Made by a program: the position numbers and the translations under genes. A stretch of 10,091 bases of DNA from Oligoflexus sp. GTDB taxonomy: Bacteria; Bdellovibrionota_B; Oligoflexia; Oligoflexales; Oligoflexaceae. Of this stretch, positions 6,180 through 10,091 are shown piece by piece. The stretch is from the NCBI GenBank assembly GCA_041736305.1, contig JBGSTX010000198.1:1-10091 (forward strand). Reading direction: 5' to 3'. The notes beneath the pieces are model-generated. The model was not told where the DNA came from. It saw nothing but the letters and a program-made list of their open reading frames with translations, and did not search any database. Every line of letters begins with the position of its first letter. Within the stretch, counting starts at the first letter, position 1.

Positions 6180-7571
6180 ATGAATCAGATGTACCTCGAC
6201 ACCTTCCAGTCCATCGTCGGTGAATCCCGGCTTTCGACCAAGGCTGACGACCTCAAAGTCTACGGTAAAGACTGGACAAGAGCGACGCCGAACCCCTCGG
6301 TCATACTCTTTCCCAAGTCGACTGAAGAGGTTTCGAAAATCCTCCGCTACTGTCATCAGAATCGTCTCCGGGTTGTCCCCAGCGGTGGCCGCACGGGGCT
6401 CGCAGGTGCGGCTAACGCCCTCGAGCAAGAAGTCGTCTTGTCCCTTGAAAAAATGGATCGCATAATCAAAATCGATCCGGTCAACCTCAGCCTCACCGCC
6501 GAAGCGGGAGCTGTCATCGAAAACCTCCAGAAGGCTGCTGTCGAAGCCGGCCTCTATTATCCAGTCGATCTTGCTGCCAAGGGCAGCTGCCAGCTGGGAG
6601 GTAATATTGCGACAAATGCTGGCGGTCTCAAGCTCATCCGCTATGGCGGAACACGCGAGCAGGTCCTCGGACTAGAAGTCGTAATGGCTGATGGATCTGT
6701 GCTCGACCTGAATTTTGACTTGCGCAAAAACAACAGCGGCTACGATCTCAAGCACCTCTTTATCGGCTCAGAGGGTACTCTCGGAGTAGTGACCAAAGCG
6801 ACCATGAAGCTGGTTCCGCCCCCCAAAGACCTCCGCTTGACTTGCATGGCAGCCGCTTCCTTCGAAGACATTACCAAACTCTTAGGACTCATCAACCTCC
6901 GCGGCATCTATCCCACGGCCTTTGAGTTTTTTACTCACGCGTGTCTCGATCTGGTTCTTCGTCATTCAAAACAACGCCGCAACCCTTTCCAAGAACGCTC
7001 GCCCGTCTACGTACTACTTGAGTGTGAAAAGCAGCCTCAGGGGGCGGCAGACCCTCTCGAACCATTTCTGGAAGAAGCCTTTGAAAGAGGACTTATTTCA
7101 GATGCGGTTATGGCGTCGAACAACGCCGAGTTTCAGAATATCTGGGGACTGCGCGAAAACATTAGCGAGTCAGTGGCCCAGGAAGGGCATGTTCGTAAGA
7201 ATGACATCTCTCTTCCCATCAGCAGCCTACCGGCATTCATCCAGGAAATGGAAAAGGTACTTCAGACGATCAAAGGCGTGCAGATGTTTCTCTTTGGCCA
7301 CATCGGCGATGGGAATTTACATTTGAACTATGTTGGGGATCCTCAGCAGGACTACGCTACATTTCGAGCGCTCACGCGAGAAACTGAAATTGAAGTTTTT
7401 AAACTGGTTCGACGCTATAAGGGCTCGATCAGTGCCGAGCACGGCATAGGCCTTTTAAAAAAGGCCGACCTGCACTTCTGCTCGCCGCCAGAGGCTGTCG
7501 AGCTCATGCGAAAGATAAAGTCAGCCTTCGATCCCCACGGAATTCTCAATCCAGGGAAAATTTTTGACTGA
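6180..7571 (+). CDS. FAD-binding oxidoreductase (VAO/GlcD family), most like D-2-hydroxyglutarate dehydrogenase
   Basis: Motifs YGKDWT, VPSGGRTGL, GSCQLGGNIATNAGG, LRKNNSGYDLKHLFIGSEGTLG, GHIGDGNLH, SAEHGIG and FDP.GILNPGK. AAGGAG at 6169-6174 favours the ATG at 6180. The family call is secure; the substrate is an inference. Confidence 0.8.
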   Translation: MNQMYLDTFQSIVGESRLSTKADDLKVYGKDWTRATPNPSVILFPKSTEEVSKILRYCHQNRLRVVPSGGRTGLAGAANALEQEVVLSLEKMDRIIKIDPVNLSLTAEAGAVIENLQKAAVEAGLYYPVDLAAKGSCQLGGNIATNAGGLKLIRYGGTREQVLGLEVVMADGSVLDLNFDLRKNNSGYDLKHLFIGSEGTLGVVTKATMKLVPPPKDLRLTCMAAASFEDITKLLGLINLRGIYPTAFEFFTHACLDLVLRHSKQRRNPFQERSPVYVLLECEKQPQGAADPLEPFLEEAFERGLISDAVMASNNAEFQNIWGLRENISESVAQEGHVRKNDISLPISSLPAFIQEMEKVLQTIKGVQMFLFGHIGDGNLHLNYVGDPQQDYATFRALTRETEIEVFKLVRRYKGSISAEHGIGLLKKADLHFCSPPEAVELMRKIKSAFDPHGILNPGKIFD

Positions 7572-7573
7572 GA

Positions 7574-10090
7574 CTAGCGGGCTGCTAGAATGCGGTCCGA
7601 TCCTAGAGTTTCACTTCGCTCGATCGCTTTTCTCGCAGTAAAGCGCAAATTCGACTCGAGCATTTTCTTGGCTTTTGCGTTTTGCAGACTCGTCGAATAG
7701 ATCATATAGCAAGCCATTTCACCAGGACGATTTTCGACGGCTGCGAGGACGCGGAGCTTCGCATTTTCATGGGAACTGTCTGAAGTCGACTTGTTTTCGG
7801 GCTGCTTGCCTACCGATCCAGCTGCAGCTTCATTGCTGGATGCGACTGGCGATTTGGCGATTTGCAGCTGCAAACCCTTTTCGATGGCATTGCTGACTTT
7901 CTTGAGCAGGGCTTCCGCCTTAACTTGCACTTTGGATTGACTGTACGAGCTGGCTTTGCTCAAGTGCTCTTTCGCTTCGGCTAGCTGATTGTTTCGCAGG
8001 TAGGCCAAGGCGCTGTTGAACTCGACTATGCTTTTGATATCAGGCCGCTCTTCAGGAACTGCATCGAGCGTCTTTTTATATTGTTCGAGTCCCCCCTCAA
8101 TGAGACCACAGCGCGCCATGGCAACGGCCTGATTGTTCATATAAGAAACTACATTTTCAACCACCCGCAGCTGGCCCATTATCTTCTTGGCCGATTGGGT
8201 ATCACCACTATTGATGGCTACTTTTGCTTCAGCTTCCTTAGCGCGCTGACTTTCTGGATCGAGTTCTTTGACCTCTTCGAGGATCTCATTGGCCTTGTCC
8301 GTGTTACCGATTTCTGAATGTATTTCAGCTATCTGGCAGAGCCGTTCCAGATTCATCGGGGCTATGGAGTGGGCTTTTTCAAAGCACTTTAATGCTGTTT
8401 CAAAGTCGCGCAGACTGATTAGAGCCTTGCCCAGTATATTGAGGATAAATATTGATTCGCCCGCATGTTTTATCGCTTCAATACTGAAGTCGCGCGCTCT
8501 CTCAAAGTCCCCAAGAGTATAGCCGAACTCGGCTTCAATGATCTCTTTTGCGCCGATATTCACAGTCGCTTCGAGTAAATAACGTTCTTTTATCGCCATA
8601 GCTTCTTCGACTTTCCTTTCGGCGAGCAGCTGGCGCATCTTCCTTTCCATGGTACCTTGCTCGGTTGGCAGCCGATCCTGTTGGATAGTCCAGATGATGG
8701 CTTCTATCAGCTCTTTTCGCTGGAATGGTTTCGCGAGGACCTGCGCTACCCCCATTTCGCGCACAAATGGGATGTCTTCCTTCTGCAGAAGGGAGCTCAC
8801 GAGGATAAAGGGCGTCGTGCGCGCTCCCTCTTCCTGAGCTTTTTGGAGGAGCAGGGGACCGGTTAAACCCGGTATCCTCCATTCTTGAAGGATTAGGTCA
8901 GGGTTCGGATTGCTTTGTATATAGGACAGAGCTGCTTCGCCATTATCAAATATTTGAATGCTCTCCACCCCGATCTCTCTCAGGGCAGTTTTGAACTCCG
9001 CTTGCATGGCTGGGTCACTGTCAACAACAACCGCTGTTTTGAGCCCTAAGAAGTTATGGCCGCTTTGAGAGTCGTCGAAGGGAGCACCAGCCAGGTGGAG
9101 GGCATTAAGGTTCTTGACTTGAGCTTCAAGCGCAGGTGCTATCCTTTTAATCTGATTGAGGATCGACTTCGCTTCTTCGACTCGATCGGTTTTGACCAAA
9201 CGCCCAGCCCCGAGGCGTTGAAGTGCAAAGCCAAGCTTTCGCACGTCAAAACAAAGTACACCTGAGCGCGTAGCTTTGATTACCTTAACGTTTCGCTTCT
9301 TGCGCAAAAAATCTTTTTCAAATCGCTCGAGATTGCCACCTTGCGCGCGAACGACTTTTGCAAATCTTTCAAACGCTTTGCCGCTACTGATCGCGGCACT
9401 GATCTTGTTATCGATTTGATCAACGCCCGCCGCCTTGGCGGTTCGCTTTGCAAACTCGATCGAAAGATCGCCAGCCGAAGTCTGAACTTCGTTTTTTAAA
9501 ACTTGAATCGACTCAAATACTTCGTGCGCGTTGCCCGACCAGTGACCAAGAGGCGTATTCATATCAGTGAGCGCAATGTCGAACGACACGCCAGAACCTC
9601 TTAAAACCTCTGCCATGGCACTTGCGAGTTTTTGAGAGTCTTTCGAATCAGTTAAGAACGCTCCGTTACCACACTTTAAATCGATCAATAGATAATCAAG
9701 CGACTCAGAAAGTTTTTTTGCCAAAATACTTGCGGTAATCAGTGGTATCGATTCAACAGTGCCAGTGGCATCGCGAAGTGCGTACAAAATACGGTCAGCA
9801 GGCGCAATTTTTTGAGTCTGTGACAAAAAGGCGGCGCGTAATTTTTTTAGCTGTCGGTAAAAGTGTGCCATCGATACGCCGCATTTAAAACCAGAAATGC
9901 TTTCGAGTTTGTCGACCGTACCGCCCGTGTGCCCGAGTGATCGCCCCGCAATCGTTGCAAAATGCAGGCGCTCATCAAGCTCGGCAATCAGAGGCGCTAA
10001 GATTAAAGTCACTTTGTCGCCGAGGCCTCCGGTACTGTGCTTGTCGACAAAAAAAGCCCGTTGATCAAAGCCCTTATACTTAAAGGGCTC
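7574..10090 (-). CDS. 5'-partial composite ORF: truncated pyrimidine-nucleoside/thymidine phosphorylase joined in frame to a receiver-like + TPR protein
   Basis: The frame is open from the window edge (EPFKYKGFDQRAFFVDKHSTGGLGDKVTLILAP...) to the TAG at 7574. The GTG at 10012 in the ORF track is internal, not the real start. Two unrelated family signatures meet at about 9180. Confidence 0.75.
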   Translation of the reverse strand, partial: EPFKYKGFDQRAFFVDKHSTGGLGDKVTLILAPLIAELDERLHFATIAGRSLGHTGGTVDKLESISGFKCGVSMAHFYRQLKKLRAAFLSQTQKIAPADRILYALRDATGTVESIPLITASILAKKLSESLDYLLIDLKCGNGAFLTDSKDSQKLASAMAEVLRGSGVSFDIALTDMNTPLGHWSGNAHEVFESIQVLKNEVQTSAGDLSIEFAKRTAKAAGVDQIDNKISAAISSGKAFERFAKVVRAQGGNLERFEKDFLRKKRNVKVIKATRSGVLCFDVRKLGFALQRLGAGRLVKTDRVEEAKSILNQIKRIAPALEAQVKNLNALHLAGAPFDDSQSGHNFLGLKTAVVVDSDPAMQAEFKTALREIGVESIQIFDNGEAALSYIQSNPNPDLILQEWRIPGLTGPLLLQKAQEEGARTTPFILVSSLLQKEDIPFVREMGVAQVLAKPFQRKELIEAIIWTIQQDRLPTEQGTMERKMRQLLAERKVEEAMAIKERYLLEATVNIGAKEIIEAEFGYTLGDFERARDFSIEAIKHAGESIFILNILGKALISLRDFETALKCFEKAHSIAPMNLERLCQIAEIHSEIGNTDKANEILEEVKELDPESQRAKEAEAKVAINSGDTQSAKKIMGQLRVVENVVSYMNNQAVAMARCGLIEGGLEQYKKTLDAVPEERPDIKSIVEFNSALAYLRNNQLAEAKEHLSKASSYSQSKVQVKAEALLKKVSNAIEKGLQLQIAKSPVASSNEAAAGSVGKQPENKSTSDSSHENAKLRVLAAVENRPGEMACYMIYSTSLQNAKAKKMLESNLRFTARKAIERSETLGSDRILAAR
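7577..9178 (-). other. Atypical response-regulator receiver domain (about 8684-9040) followed by TPR-like helical repeats (about 7875-8650)
   Basis: The REC pattern runs AVVVDSD...F.NG.AAL......PDLILQEWRIPGLTG...TPFILVSS...MGVAQVLAKPF. TPR-like segments include LNILGKALISLRDFETALKCFEKAHSIAP, IAEIHSEIGNTDKANEILEEVKELDP and YMNNQAVAMARCGLIEGGLEQYKKTL. Confidence 0.8.
9179..10090 (-). other. Pyrimidine-nucleoside/thymidine phosphorylase (Pdp/DeoA family) segment lacking most of its C-terminal domain
   Basis: Motifs DKHSTGG.GDK (DKHSTGG at 10025-10045), GRSLGHTGGT.DKLESI.GF, APADR.LYALRDATGTVES.PLITASIL.KKL, D.K.G.GAF, TDMN.PLG...GNA.EV.E and LGAGR...D. Similarity stops right after LGAGRLVKTDRV. 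Confidence 0.9.
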
Positions 10091-10091
10091 G

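Noticed and set aside
7560-7585. Convergent gene ends only 2 bp apart with no terminator
   Set aside because: This is common in compact bacterial genomes, and no distinctive structure is visible.
3072-9265. Remaining short alternative-frame and antisense ORFs in the track (e.g. 3072-3326, 4456-4791, 6922-7326, 8535-8882, 9056-9265)
   Set aside because: All overlap confidently assigned genes and show no independent coding evidence.
10041-10089. Palindromes near the window end (TTGTCGACAA; AGCCCTT-N7-AAGGGCT)
   Set aside because: They lie inside phosphorylase coding sequence at or just before the DKHSTGG motif and are explainable by codon content.
1-10091. CRISPR arrays, tRNA/rRNA genes, transposases or integrases
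   Set aside because: I saw no regularly spaced repeats, cloverleaf motifs or recombinase/transposase ORFs. The SOR repeats are apparent mainly at protein level.

Overview
Bacterial genomic window with eight protein-coding genes. Minus strand, left: a Tat-exported lipoprotein built from four tandem superoxide-reductase-like (desulfoferrodoxin ferrous-iron-binding) domains (72-1553) with a clear intrinsic terminator, and an AS3MT-type arsenite methyltransferase (1943-2995). Plus strand, centre: a tight gene run of a YaiI/YqxD-family protein, methylmalonyl-CoA epimerase, phosphatidylglycerophosphatase A, DacB/PBP4 and a D-2-hydroxyglutarate dehydrogenase-like FAD oxidoreductase (3160-7571). Minus strand, right: one open frame running off the window edge, in which a C-terminally truncated pyrimidine-nucleoside/thymidine phosphorylase joins in frame, at about 9180, a pseudo-receiver + TPR protein; this is either a real fusion or a chimeric join. 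The most interesting signals are (1) the four-domain exported SOR-like lipoprotein, with a His-to-Glu swap at one ligand position in domain 4; (2) a perfect 12-bp inverted repeat upstream of it (1616-1627 / 1757-1768) bracketing a sigma70-like promoter that points away from the gene, resembling an invertible promoter in the OFF state; and (3) the phosphorylase/REC-TPR junction. All calls come from motif recognition by eye; no database searches were run.
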